From assembly GCA_964247055.1 (NCBI GenBank), contig OZ176053.1, positions 1,984,001-2,048,000 of the forward strand: 64,000 nucleotides of DNA, given 5' to 3'. The translations under genes and the position numbers were made by a program. The DNA is from Paragordius varius (taxonomy: Eukaryota > Animalia > Nematomorpha). Shown here one piece after another: positions 39,701-53,300 of the stretch (its first letter is position 1; the number at the start of each line of letters is the position of its first letter). The notes beneath the pieces are model-generated. The model ran no database searches. It worked only from the letters and a program-made list of their open reading frames with translations, and was not told where the DNA came from.

Positions 39701-42700
39701 AAAATAAAAAATATTAAATCTATTTGTGATATAACCTTCAAAATTTGGACCAATCAATAATATTATCGATGATTGACCCACGAAAGCATCAAGCAATAAA
39801 TCTTCCAATAAGGCTAAAGTATTTTCCGTCTAAATAGCAATATACATATTAAAATATTGATTCCCGGAGTAATAATAATTTTATGCTCTATAAATATGAG
39901 AGTTAATTAAAGGTTTCATCAAATGAAAAATATAGTAGCACTAAGCAAGTTAAAACGCCGGTTTATGAATCATATATGCGGGAAAAATAAAACACCAATG
40001 CCTATATATATATATAACGTATTATTTGAAAAAACGGACAATAAAATGATCCACATATGTGGATTATTTCGAAACACTATTAATAGCTATGATCTCAAGC
40101 ATTTTAAAACGCTGCATTCATACTAATATATGGTATACTTGGGGGAAAAATAAATTCAAAAAATTATTTTTGTGGACTATTTTTTTTTGAAAAAAATGGC
40201 ATAATACGGGGGGGCGGTTAAAAAGAGGACCTAAATTAAAAAAGCGAACGACTATGTTCGGCGCAATCGAAAATAAGTAAAAAAAGTCATATTTGAAATC
40301 AAATGGTCGAAACACGTTTTCCGGAAAATTGTCTCAAAGACACGATTTTTGTGGACTTGTGTTTTAAAAAACCCGTTTTTTACACGGGGTGAGCCCGAAC
40401 TGGAGGCTTAATTCAAAAAAGAGGCGAAGCTATTGTCGAGGCATTCATTAATGATTATATTTTTCCGACATTTGGATTTGAATGGGGCTACCGGTTTTCA
40501 GGAAACAGTCACAAAGCCAGCATTTTCCATTTTTATAAATATATAGATTAATAAAAAATTAATTTTAAATTGTATAAGACAGTTTTTTATAATCCACAAT
40601 TTTAACTGTACTTATTTTTTTAGAAAATATATTAATTTGTTAATCTGTGCTAATAATAACAATAGGTACAGCACACTTACTTAAAAGGACATTAACCAAT
40701 AAAAAAAACCTTATATAATTAATAAATATATATGTAATAGTGATAATTTTTTCATCAAAATTTTAATATGCATATACAAATCATGTATGAGAATGTTTAA
40801 TCTCTTTATATGTTATATATAATTGTTAGTGGGGTTTTGTTAAAGATATTGATCTCCAATGTGCTTAATAAAGCCATTAAATCGACAATTGCTTAAAATA
40901 CATTCCATCCAGATATGAAAGAAAAATATAACTTTTAAATCTAATTAAACGAAGGAAAAATATTGTATGATATTTATTGCATCTATACACTCTCAATAAC
41001 TAATTATCTTAATGTGCATATAACTTAGAATTAGGCATTATCTGTATTTTTTGAAAAAAAAATCATTGACTTTTTGCTATAATGCATAAAGGATCATTCA
41101 CAAAGTAATGATATAATGATAATTATTTCATTTAAATCCATTAAATAATTTTGCTATGATCCGAAAACTATAAATTAAAAGCCAACTTTTGCTCTTAAAA
41201 ACAGTAAGGTATGGGGTTATATAACATAGAATAGCATAATTAAACGTTTCTTTTACTTTTACATTGGGGTTTTTTTTATTATATAAACGGAACGAACGAA
41301 ATAATAAACTATACGTTACCGTTTTAGCATCTAAATATTATGAAGCAAAAATTATCTTGGAGACAATCGCTTTTATAACAAATTAGCGAATTATTAAAGC
41401 ATGATATTATAATGAAGTGGTTAATACTAACTTCAGAAAAATATCTTTTGTTAAGAATCACAGTTTTTAATAAAATAATTATATTCCCACATGCATTTTA
41501 TCAATATATATATATATATATATATGAATTTATAAAAAATCTGGGAAAAAATCCCCCAAACCTCCAATATATATATGGTTGATAATCATAAAAAGTTTTA
41601 TAAATCTTGTTGCACATAATCTGAAAACTAAATAATGATATAAAAAATGCGAAATATATTTAATGGCTAATTGGTCTCTGTGGGCAATCGAAAAAAAAAA
41701 TGTTTTTTATTGTATCATCATTTACTAGTATACCTCCCCCAATACAAATTTTATCGTTTTTTTTCCATTAGTTATACTTAGTTGGTATCCAAAATGATAA
41801 ATTATACTAACAATTTTTTTCGCTATTTAGCTAGGCTTATTTTTTTCATTTTTCAAATTCCAATCTCCAATTTTCGATTTGTGATCATCGAGAGAGATAA
41901 AAAAGAGTTTATACTTTTATCTTGATTATTACTTGAGTTTTTAGTGAGCTAAGAATACAAAAAATTACTTTTGACTTATGTGTGTATAACTGATTGATTA
42001 ATATAAAAACTGGTTTATTTAACAAAAAAATAGGGTTGGAAAATAATTCATCTACCCTTTAATAAGGCAAAGTGTTGCGCAATCTATGTTACAATGATAA
42101 TGCTTTAAGCTAACTTCAAGGTTGGAAATTATTATCATTTTTAAAATTTTAAGTGTACTTTTTCGTTGACAAATTAAACAATTTTTAAATTTAAATCTTA
42201 TTTAAATATTATTAAAATATTTAATTATAACAGTAATAAAAGATGACAAAACAAATCAAATATTTGTTTTTTTTGCTGGAAAAGTATTTATAAATTTCTA
42301 TTCTAATTTCGATGAGTATTGAAAACACTCAATTTCAATTCAGGAGATATCAAATTACATAAGAGAGTTTTAAAGTGAACCTTTAACTCTTTCAGTTGTT
42401 TTATAATTATAAATAATTAAAATTTAACCATTATATTATATTTATTTAATAAAATGGTTTTATAATATGATTGCAATATTGCATACTTTAGGCAGTTCAA
42501 ATCAATTATTTTAATTTAATTTAATCCTTACAACAAATAAATAAAAGCATGTATAATATTAATATCGGAAAGATATAGATATCAATATCTTTTTACGATG
42601 AAAAAACCATTAATAACGTTGAATGACCAATCATATATAAAGTTCAACTTTTATAATGAAATTGTAATAAAATTTTGGGTGATACTTTATCAAAAATGGG

Positions 42701-44091
42701 CAATTACAACTTATTATACTGGAGTTTTCTTAATAAAAATACTACCTAGAGATTATTGTTTCAAAAATATATAATTTGCTTATAATTAACACTTGCAACA
42801 CATTCATTTCAGCCCTTCGATTCAAATTGGTAGTTAGATACTCCTATGCTATAAAAATTTGGTAGGAATTGAAACCATGGCATATGTTTGCACTTATATG
42901 ACATAAAATAATATGGAAAAAATATTCTAAAATATTAGATATTTCTTATTCTAAGGTAAAACCCAAAGGTAAAAATTTGGTCGACCTGATATGTGTGCAT
43001 TAGCTAAATTTAAAAATAATACAAAATAAACCACGTTTTCTGTTCAAGTGATATAAATAATAAATTAGCTTAATTTTAGCTCCAAATTCAAATAAATACG
43101 ATATTTTGCAAAAATGGCGTAAAATAAAAATGCCGACGAAGTATTTGATATGGAACTTTTTTAAAAGAAAATTATTTGGCTTATTTAAGCATAAATTTGA
43201 ATTGGGACCGTTTCGTTCAAAATTTTGAAAAAATAGTAAAGATAGTTTGGGAGTAAATAGAAACCCCAATTCGAATCAAAGTGTTTAAAAAGGTGATTAA
43301 ATTTACTTAATTTCAAATTTTTTATCAAATTATAATGCATATATATTACCAAAACACAATCTGGGGCAAAGACTTGGTCATACGTATAACACTTGGATCT
43401 GTTTGGTGAATTAGGCAGTAGTAAGGATTGGAAATGTTGTTTATTTTTATTGAGTGAAGAAGCTATTTCAGGAGTCAGTTGTTGAGTAGCGCCCGTATTT
43501 ATAGTTAAGGGTTTAAAAGAAATTTGTTTTTCAGTAAAGTATGATATACATCTATTTCGTCCACCCAAATTGTGATGTAATTGGGCATATATTTGAACCT
43601 AAAAGTTTTTTAAAGGATAAAATTGATTATTAAAAATATTTTCCGTAATATGGAGTAATATGGATGAATTCATGAAAATGATATAAAAACTAAAGTAGTC
43701 CAAAAATTTACGGTTTATAACTTTTGTTAAATCAAAAGACGTATGACTTTCAACAAAATTGTGAATTATATATAAATTTTAATCCGTTCCATACTTAGAC
43801 TTTACCATATATAAAGTTATAATAGTCAACAACATAATAAACCATATAAAAGTATCTTATAGCGGGTGAGGGGGCGTTCCCACGATTTAATTTAAAATTA
43901 GAAAAAAAATATATTTTCTTAAAAAAAATATAAAATTTTTAAAAAAATATATAAACTTTGGTCGGGTTTTCTCCTTGATTCAAACTGTTTTGAGTATCCG
44001 CAGTTGATGGAATAGATAATTTCTGAATAATGTCATATATAAAGGTTGGAATTGGGATAGAAAATATTGGAGGTGTTTCCGATGAAGTCAT
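36759..44091 (-). CDS. Atypical kinesin (KIF26/VAB-8, kinesin-11-like) with degenerate motor and long disordered tail
   Basis: Exons 44091-43957, 43598-43350 (YTYDQVFAPD), 39829-39736 (LLLDAFVGQSSIILLIG), 39298-39110 (VYG...IGLLPGLLFWL), three small exons at 39040-38693, the large exon 38663-36851 and a final exon ending at 36759. Motif order matches the kinesin N-terminal half. Confidence 0.65.
40135..40547 (-). mobile_element. 3'-truncated copy of the same Helitron
   Basis: The reverse strand begins A|TCTATATATTTATAAAAATGGAAAATGCTGGC and follows the same unit. No 3' hairpin. Confidence 0.8.
42790..43283. mobile_element. piggyBac-like MITE
   Basis: TTAA|CACTTG..ACACATTCATTTCAG..CTTCGATTCAAATTGG...CCAATTCGAATCAAAGTG|TTTA. 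Confidence 0.7.
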
Positions 44092-45956
44092 GTTGTTTTT
44101 TCGTGAATCGTTTTACTCAAAAGAACATTTTAAAAAACATAAACTAAAAAATATTTTAAATCCATATTTCCAATAAATCCAAGTATAAATAAAATAAGAT
44201 TAATAAATAAAAAAAGCCTGGATAAATGCCGATAAAAATTAAAAATGAATGTGATACACTAAAAAGGAAGAAATCAAATAAAAATATTTATATAAAGATA
44301 TAATTTATGTAATTTACTTTTGATATTGTTATGTTTTATCTCTAACATAGTGGCTATTGGCCTTTAATAATAATGATTTACAAAGGAGAGGGGGGAAGCG
44401 AAGATGTTTTCTAATTATACTTTAATTTATATTTTTTATTTTCAAAAATTATCATTTCTTACAAAAGTGTAAACATTAGTAATAATATTTAATAATGCTA
44501 CGTAATCATCTATAAATTATATAAAATAAAATGCTATTTCGCAAATTTAATTTTAAGTTATAAATTAAAATTATGTTAATGTTTTATATAATGATTAAAA
44601 TGGATTATAACTAAATCCACACAAAAATAAATTATTGTATATTAAAAAATTTTATTGCCTAAATAATATTTAATATATTTATTCTCATCTATCATATGTT
44701 TCAAATTTTCTGAAAGTAAAATTCCCATGTTTTATTATACCTTATGGCACCGATATTCCTGAAATTGATATATAATTACAATAGGATATGGCATAAAATA
44801 AAGTTAGTCCAAAATTAAATTAATATAATTAATGTTAAATATGGAAAAATATTTAATTTCACGCATTGGTTGTTTTATTCCATACACTTCGATACAAAGA
44901 AAGATTTTTTCTTGAACTGCATAATCAAAACAATGTTTCAAATAAATTTTGTCTTTTTATCTGTATTTTTTCTCAGAAAGAAATAATTAGGTTTAGCATA
45001 AATATAAAGGAAAAAAGGCCATATAAAATTTATACCTTTGACCTGAATTTATTCCAGATTTTAGCGTTTTTATTTATATCTTTTTTTGTTTTCAATGTTA
45101 ACACAGCAATATGAAAATATAGTTATCTCTCTTCTATTTTTACAATATTAGTGTGAATCCTATCCTGAAAATTTTATATTTCTGCACTGGAAAAATGTGT
45201 TCAAAATAATTTTTTTAGTTTTTTTAAAAAAAACGTGTAAAAATTTTTTTAATGACGTTAAAAAGTGTTTACTGCATAATAAATTTAATATTGGATCTTT
45301 TTATTTTTCAAATATACTATTTATAATTTTATCATCTTGAATTATTTTTTAATTATAAGAGACTACTATGAATATATATGAATAAATTTGAAACAAATGC
45401 TCATATACATCTTCATTAGATGATATTATTACATTTTCTATAATAAGTAATTTTTGATGTTTTGGCAAAAGGTAAAATTATATTTTATTCTTAATAAAAA
45501 AATAACTTAAGTGGAAGTACATAAAATTAATTGTTATCAACAAATTTCTTTAACGTATTAAGAAACGGCTGTGTTATATATATTATTACTAAATACAATT
45601 TGCCTCTATATCATCACCTGTTTAATATTAAAATTAATAATTTTTTTTTCTTTTGACGTTGTTGCTAAAATTTACGGAATTTGCATATTTTTGCATAATT
45701 ACTTTTATATATGTTATGGACATTTGCTTGCTTCAAATGACTTAATTGTAATTACGTTAAATTTAATTAATTTTTTTTGCATCGAATTCTATCAAAGGTG
45801 TGATTTATGGAATAAAATAATAATTTTAAGAAAAATATTTCGCGTTAGAATGGGTAAAAATAAAACTGAGAGATAAATATTAAATCAAACTTTTTAAAGT
45901 GTTATCACATAAATATAGATGGGGTGTTTTTCTAGGGTTTAAATTTTACATATTAA

Positions 45957-46453
45957 CACTTGGATACAACACATTCATTTTAGTCTTTCGATTCAAATTG
46001 GGGTCCTTAAAAAATATGGAAGGAATCGAAGCCATGGCAAAGTTTTGCACTTATATAACATTAATAAACCGAAATATATAACTTATATTACTTATTTTAA
46101 GCTAAAACCGAAAGGTAAAAAGTGCAATGGTAAAATTGAAAAAAAATACAAAATCCGCTTTTTATATTTCTTTTAACGTTAGATGTAATTTAAATAAAAA
46201 ATTACTTTTAATTTTACCCTTAAAATTAAATAAAGACGATATTTTGTAAAAATTTTGTAAAATAAAAATGGCGTCGAAGTAGTTTGACATGTAACTTTTT
46301 TTTTCAAAACCAAATTTTATTTAGATATTTTAGCATATTAATATAATTTTTATTAGAATAGAAGAATAAAAAATATTTCCTTCAGTAATTTTTTAAAAAT
46401 CCTAACTCAAATTTAGTCTGGAGTATTTAGATACCCCAATTTAAATCGAAGTA
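45957..46453. mobile_element. piggyBac-like MITE
   Basis: TTAA|CACTTGGATAC...AATCGAAGTA|TTAA. Confidence 0.8.
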
Positions 46454-47769
46454 TTAATAAAATGTAGCTTTGAGACAATTTCCCGGTAAAAATATAGCTG
46501 ATTATTGAAAGTGAATTTTCTTATATTCGAGCTCGATGGAAGCGTTTTCTAAATAACCCTCTATGCTGTATAGATCATGGGTGACCAATATGCGGCCTTC
46601 CGAAATATTTCTGCAGTTCGCGAGAAATTTCATATGAAAAACTTTACCAAATTTATGTGCGATTTATTTTCTTAAACGTACGTTTTTTATGATTACATCT
46701 TTCCCAATTTATAGACTAGCAAAAAAATTTGTTAAAGTATATAGAAGTTTTACAGTCTTATGTTTAAAATCGGATAAAATAATTGTTTATGCCCATATAT
46801 TTTACAATTGTAGGATTAATTTATCCAAAATTGCGGCCAGTGAATACATTTGCATTAGACATCCCTGGTGGTCTGTAAAAAATAAAGCGTGTCTTAAACT
46901 GCAATAATGAAAGCATATTACGATAACAAATGCTTCTAACATAATTGCACTTTTAAAATATTCCACTAAACTGCTCCCCCAGCCGCTAATATGATATTTT
47001 TGCAAAAATAATCATAAATTAAATATTGGGTACCATTTTATTTCAATAATGTGTACGCTGAAATAATATTATAGTATTTAGAATTATTTAAATACATGAA
47101 TCGAATTTATACTATGAATCCAGTTCCAGTATTAATATAAAATTTTGGCCACGCACTGCCTTGAATTATCCGCTGATTAGGGTTTTAAAATAAAAACGAC
47201 ACATATTGGTAACATGAATACCATAAAAATTCAATAAAGAATGCTATCAGCGTTTTTTAAAATATAATTTCTTAACACAATTTTTCAGTTATACCCCGTA
47301 GTATTAAACATATTTTAGTTAAAAAATAGCCCCGTCATTTATTCACTAATTTTCTGTAAAATGCGCCGGAATTTATAAATAATATGACTTCGAGAAGCTA
47401 ATATCGATATCAATATGCTTTTTGATATTTACCAGATATAGGTAATTATGTTTGGACCCTTTATTTAAAATTAACCTCCGATCATTCCACCCTGTAAAAT
47501 GCGCCTTCCCATAAAAATAACATGGCTTTGATAGAAAACCAAGAAAATAACTAATTTAGCTTTCAGTACCAAAAGCAGATAAATGATCGCCATTTTATTA
47601 AGCCTCTGGGCAGTCTCTAAAGGTTTTTTTACAAGTTTAAATAGTTTGATAAATATCAGCAAACGTCAATTAAATGGCCATATATTTTTTGAATTTAGGA
47701 TTCATTACTTTAATATTTAGATTACAATTTTATAATTGTTTGGTGTAACAACCATACCAAAAGCTAATA

Positions 47770-48335
47770 TACAAATATAAGCCATTCACATTCATTTCAG
47801 TCTTCCGATCCAAATTGGGGTCTTTGGGGACCCCTGGCCTGTTTAATATAAAATATTTTTAAAAATATGAACAAATTGAAACCATTGCAAATGTGTACAC
47901 TTATACAACATTAATGCATCGAAATACAAAAAAATTCCTTTAAAAAAATTGATATTACTTATTTTATGGATAAACCCCAAGGTAAAAATTTAGCTAACAT
48001 GACATGAGTGCAATAGCTAATTATAAAAATAATGAATTACTCTTTAAATTTATGTTTATTGACGTAATTTAAATAAAAAATTAGCTCTGATTTTAGCATT
48101 AATCAAATAAACAGAAAATTTAGCAAACATGTTCGAAAATAATTATGGTGTCGAAGTAATTAGATTGAAATTTTTTTTCTAAAAGCTATTTTATTTAAAC
48201 TTTTTGGCGTATTTATATAATTTATTTTAGGAGAAACATACATTTATATTAGGACCATTTTATTTGATAACTTTTAAATAACACTTATTCAAAAAAATGG
48301 TCTGGGGTTTCTAGAAACCCCATTGTTAATCGATG
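47770..48335. mobile_element. piggyBac-like MITE (degraded)
   Basis: Shares internal sequence and ends with the other three copies. Confidence 0.6.
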
Positions 48336-49417
48336 TGTTATTATATACTTCATAAGAGCATGTTACGTAATAATTAATTATGGTTCAAGGGTGCCCTGCA
48401 CAAATGACTTCGCGGGCCGCGGTGGAATATATTATAGATTTTAGAATAAAACTGTATAATAAATGCGAACACAATACTACTATTATTAAACATTTATTCT
48501 TATTTCATTCCTAAAATTTTTTTATGCAGCAAATTTCCTTGAATTTCGTTACCATGATTTTACTTGTAAATTTTAATTATTTGGTTTTAAATTTCTTGAG
48601 GGCTGCAGAATTATTTCAAAGGGCCGATTATTGGACACCCCCGGTAAAAATTAATCCGACAGTCCTTAACTTTCCTTATCCCTCATCTCATCTAAATTTA
48701 CATTTGACTTTTAACGCATGCAAATCATCTATTGCACTTTCCGAAAAAAAATTTGTGAAGTTTTATAAATATATTATATAACCATTAAGAATGAAAATAT
48801 TTAATTATTATTTTAATAGCAGTCAATATTGTTGCGTATTATTATCAATTAAATGTTATTGGCTCAGTAGTTAAGAAATAAATGCATTTTAATTAGCAAT
48901 AGATGACACCATAAATTAAAAATAAATATCCACTCGCAGCAAAAAAGAAGACTTTTAAGTATTTAAGTTGGGCCCCAGGGATGGTTAAGTTTAAAAAATT
49001 ATGATAGTATTTATAATGGAATGAAAGCACATGTTTAAGGAAAGCCAAGGTTTAGCCCGTTGCAAAAAACTATCAAAAAAATTATATGTTTTTCTGGTCA
49101 GGAATAAATTTACCAAAATGAAATTGTCAAAAATAGTTTTTTAATTACTAATGGAAAAAAAGGTTTTATCTAAGGTATTATTTTGGAACTTTTCATAAAG
49201 CGTGTTCACCTATACGACTAAGCCCTACCTTTAGAATGGCTAAAAAAATGCAGTTAAGTCCTAAATCCTTCCAAATATATGTGAGAAAAATATATGATAG
49301 TTGTCAAGGATAACCAGCACAGTAGCCTTAGTGTATTATTTTTCCTTTGCAAAGAGGATTCGTTCACCAAAATAGGCCCCGATTGCCAAATCTGACTGAT
49401 CCAAATTATGTCATTAA

Positions 49418-49996
49418 CACTTCGATTCAAATTGGTGTATCAAATACCCCAGACTATATTAAAGTTGATATTTTCAAAAACTACTGAAGGAAACGGTCCC
49501 AATTTAAATTTATGCTTCTATCATAATCTAAAGTATATAAATAAGTTGAAATAATAGAATTTCGTTTTGGAAAAAATGTTCCATCTCAAACTACTTGGAC
49601 GCCATTTTTGTTTCACAATATTTTTGCAAAATAGCGTTTTTACATAAATTTAAAACTAGAAATTCAAACTAATTCTTTATTTAATATACATCTATCATTA
49701 ATATAAACAGAAAAAGTGGTTTATTTTGTATTATATTTCAATTTAGTTAACAGACACATGGAATAATGACTTTATTTTTTTACCTTAAGGTTTCACCTTA
49801 AAATAAGTAATAACAAGTATTTAAGAATGAATTTTTTTTATATATTTTGGATCATTAATAGTATATGAGTGCAAATTTTTGCCATGGTTTAGATTCATTC
49901 CATATTTTTTAAATTATTTAATTTTAATCAAGCCTGGGGTATCCAACTACCCCAATTTGAATCGAAGGACTGAAATGAATGTGTTGTATCCAAGTG
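49418..49996. mobile_element. piggyBac-like MITE (inverted)
   Basis: TTAA|CACTTCGATTC...GTATCCAAGTG|TTAA. Confidence 0.82.
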
Positions 49997-50398
49997 TTAA
50001 ATATTAAGTGATGTCCACCCTATTAAACCTGATATTATTGAATATAAACCATCTAAAAATAGATGAACATTATATTTATTATTATATAACTAGCTAGAAA
50101 CCCTTTTTTTCAATTATAATATATGATGGCTGACAAAATATCAAGTATAAAAATACATCTTTTACTGAAAAATATTTGGCGAAAAAACATTTATATGATT
50201 TTAAATATATTTGTACTAAGTAATTAAAAAAGGTCAAATATTTGTAACAAACAATTGCCTTTCTTATAAATTAATATGCTCCTGATAAATATTCGTGATT
50301 GATTTATTTACAATTCTCCATAAATTTATTAAATCATATCTTTTAAAACCAAATTGTCCACAAAAGATTTAATTAAATAAACCATATGCACCACATTT

Positions 50399-53300
50399 AT
50401 GACATGGATATTTAGCAGACGAATTTCAAAATTACCATCCCCAATGCTAATTTTGAATGTTGCAGAAAAGAACGATGCCGCCAAATCAATTGCTTTTTTC
50501 ATGTCCAAGGGAAAGTTGACTCTTATAATTTATTTTAGTTTTAAAAAGAGAGAAAGTCATTCCGTATACAATAAAATATTTGAATACGAATATAACATGT
50601 TTGGACAAAATTGTAAAATGATCATGACTTCTGTGTCGGGGCATCTTATGAATTATTCTTATTTTCGTAAAGATTTCGCTAATATATAGAGGATGTCAAA
50701 GCTTGGGGATCTTGCTCGCCATACCATTTGTTTGATGCACCAATTTACAAAAAAGTCATCGAAAACTGCGTAGGTATCGAAAAAACATTGAAGCAAGAAA
50801 TATTAAAATGCCAAGTTACCTTATTTCCTCATTGTCAGACTTTGATTATTTGGACAGATTGTGATAGAGAGGGTGAAAATATAGGCTGTGAAATAGTGGA
50901 AATTTGCAAAAAAGCCAAATCGAATTTTACGGTTTATCGGGCAAAATTTTCGGAAATAACTGCAAAATCCATCCACAGAGCTTGTCAAAATTTGGTGACA
51001 TTGGATGAAAAAATAAATGATGCCGTTAATGTTCGACAAGAGTTTGATTTGCGAATCGGTAATTTCCATAGTTTTTTGTCTTTATTATCATTACAATAAA
51101 AATGTACACAATTATTATTGTAGGTGCCGCTTTTACACGTTTTCAAACGCTTAGGTACCAAAAAATGTTTCCAAATCAATTAGCCGAGAATTTGATAAGT
51201 TATGGAAGTTGTCAATTTCCAACGCTTGGTTTAGTCGTTGAAAGGTATTCCGAGGTTCAAAATTTTGTTACAGAACCTTTTTGGAAAATTGCTATGACTT
51301 ACAAAGATAAAAATGAAATTCCACTCAAAAAGTCAACCAAAAATGATGGGCAAAATGGGAATGAAACCGAATTTTATTGGAAACGAAATCGTGTCTTCAA
51401 TCATTCCGTTTGTTTAGTAATAATTTTTTTATCGACAAAATTTTATATACTAGTAAAAGGAAATTATCTTTCAATAGATTGGATTATAGAATTTACATAT
51501 TACAATTCAGATCCTTAAACTTTCAATCCTCTCATTCGCAGAAATTTATTTTAATAAAAATTATATAATAGATTTTTAATTATTTCAATATTTTTAATAT
51601 TATCCACAAATATATAAACAATTAATTTATCCATATATGTATATATATAATTTAATTAATGATTAATAACTTGGTTTTGTTTTTAAGTTATTGTAAGACC
51701 TCCAAAAACACTCAAAGTAATAAACTTATGGCAAGATATATTCATTTTTATAAGAAATAATAGGACATTGTTCAGCTAATTATATATATGTTGGGTTTTT
51801 TTTAAAAAATCTTATTAGAAGGGATTTTATTGTTTTGTAAAATACTTTATCTATTGCATATACTTAGGCCTTATATTCAATATGTATGGAGAATCCGGTG
51901 GCTAGAGTTACATCACTAAATACTCGCCCAAAATCGAAATGGAGACCCCTGGCTATGGATACTATTACATTAGGTAGGCTTAAGTTTTTCAGAAAATTAT
52001 TTACAGGTAAATTTAAAATTAGGCTCAAACAACCAAGATCTTTTTTTGCAACCATAATTTTTGTATTCCAACCAAATTGGGTTGCAATATAAGAAATATA
52101 GATTGGTAACATATTAATTATGCATGTTACAATTGTAATCATTTAGCAATAAATTCAGAATAATTCACACTCTAAAAACAATTTATATGTTTTCGAACTA
52201 ATATATGAAATGTATCTTTATGGCTTAGTTTATTATTTTTTTTAGTATTATTTTAATTTTAAACAACATTTCATTAAAAATATAATAAAATATAGGTAAA
52301 TTTTAATCTTAAAAAACACAAAATTTTTTATAGGGTGAATTTGAATTGTTCAAGGGTGAAGTTGAATAAAAAGTATATAAAAATAATTTAAATTTGAAAA
52401 AGTATAAATATATAAATATATTTAAAATTTTACAATGTGTCTATATATTATAATTTTTTACCCTATTTCATATGCATAAAAATATTAATGTATTGTAAAA
52501 AAATGAAAAATTTTATAATTTTTTACAGTTTTTTCATTTATTTATCTATTAATAAAATATCATTATAGAAAAAATGGCATCTAAAAAATTACGAATAAGC
52601 CCAAAAGAAACCATGACAATTGCTGAAAAACTTTATCAAAAAGGTTTTATCAGTTACCCACGAACGGAAACAAATCAATTCCCCAAAGAATTACCGTTAC
52701 GACCATTGGTAAATTATAGAAACAATTATATTTAACTTCAATTTATATTAAATATTAATTGCTTTTTATAATATCATTTTATAGCGTTAAATTTATCGCT
52801 TCCACTTTTATATTGAGTCGTTTTATAATGTAATTATTTTTTTATCGCTTTAATAACCCTTAACAAGAGACTAATATTATATATATTTTTGTATGATTTA
52901 TTAAATACACTACTTTAGTTTAATGGTGGTAAATTTTAGTCAGTTTGTTTGAGCCATAATTATATTAATAACCGTTTGCCTGGCGCCATTTAATTTGATA
53001 GCAAACTCGCTTATATTATTAATACTAAATCGCAATTAATTTGTTTTTTGTAAGATATTTTTAAAATCACAAATATCTTTAAAATAGGCTTTTGACATTC
53101 AGAATATCAATATATTATTAAAGTCAAAATTGAATGATTTTAATTTATAAACGCGGTCATCGCATTAAAGTCTTTACAAAGAGAGAGATATTTTAGATAA
53201 ACTTTTTTTAATAAAAACCATTAGCCCAACAGGGCCAACAAAGTCTAATTGCCATCTCCCCGCGGTTAGTTTCTAATAATCTGTAAAATCATTAGTTCTA

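Noticed and set aside
44092-50398. Short hydrophobic ORFs in the kinesin-TOP3A intergenic region
   Set aside because: AT-rich F/I/L/K-biased chance ORFs, mostly overlapping MITEs, with no recognisable motifs or exon chain.
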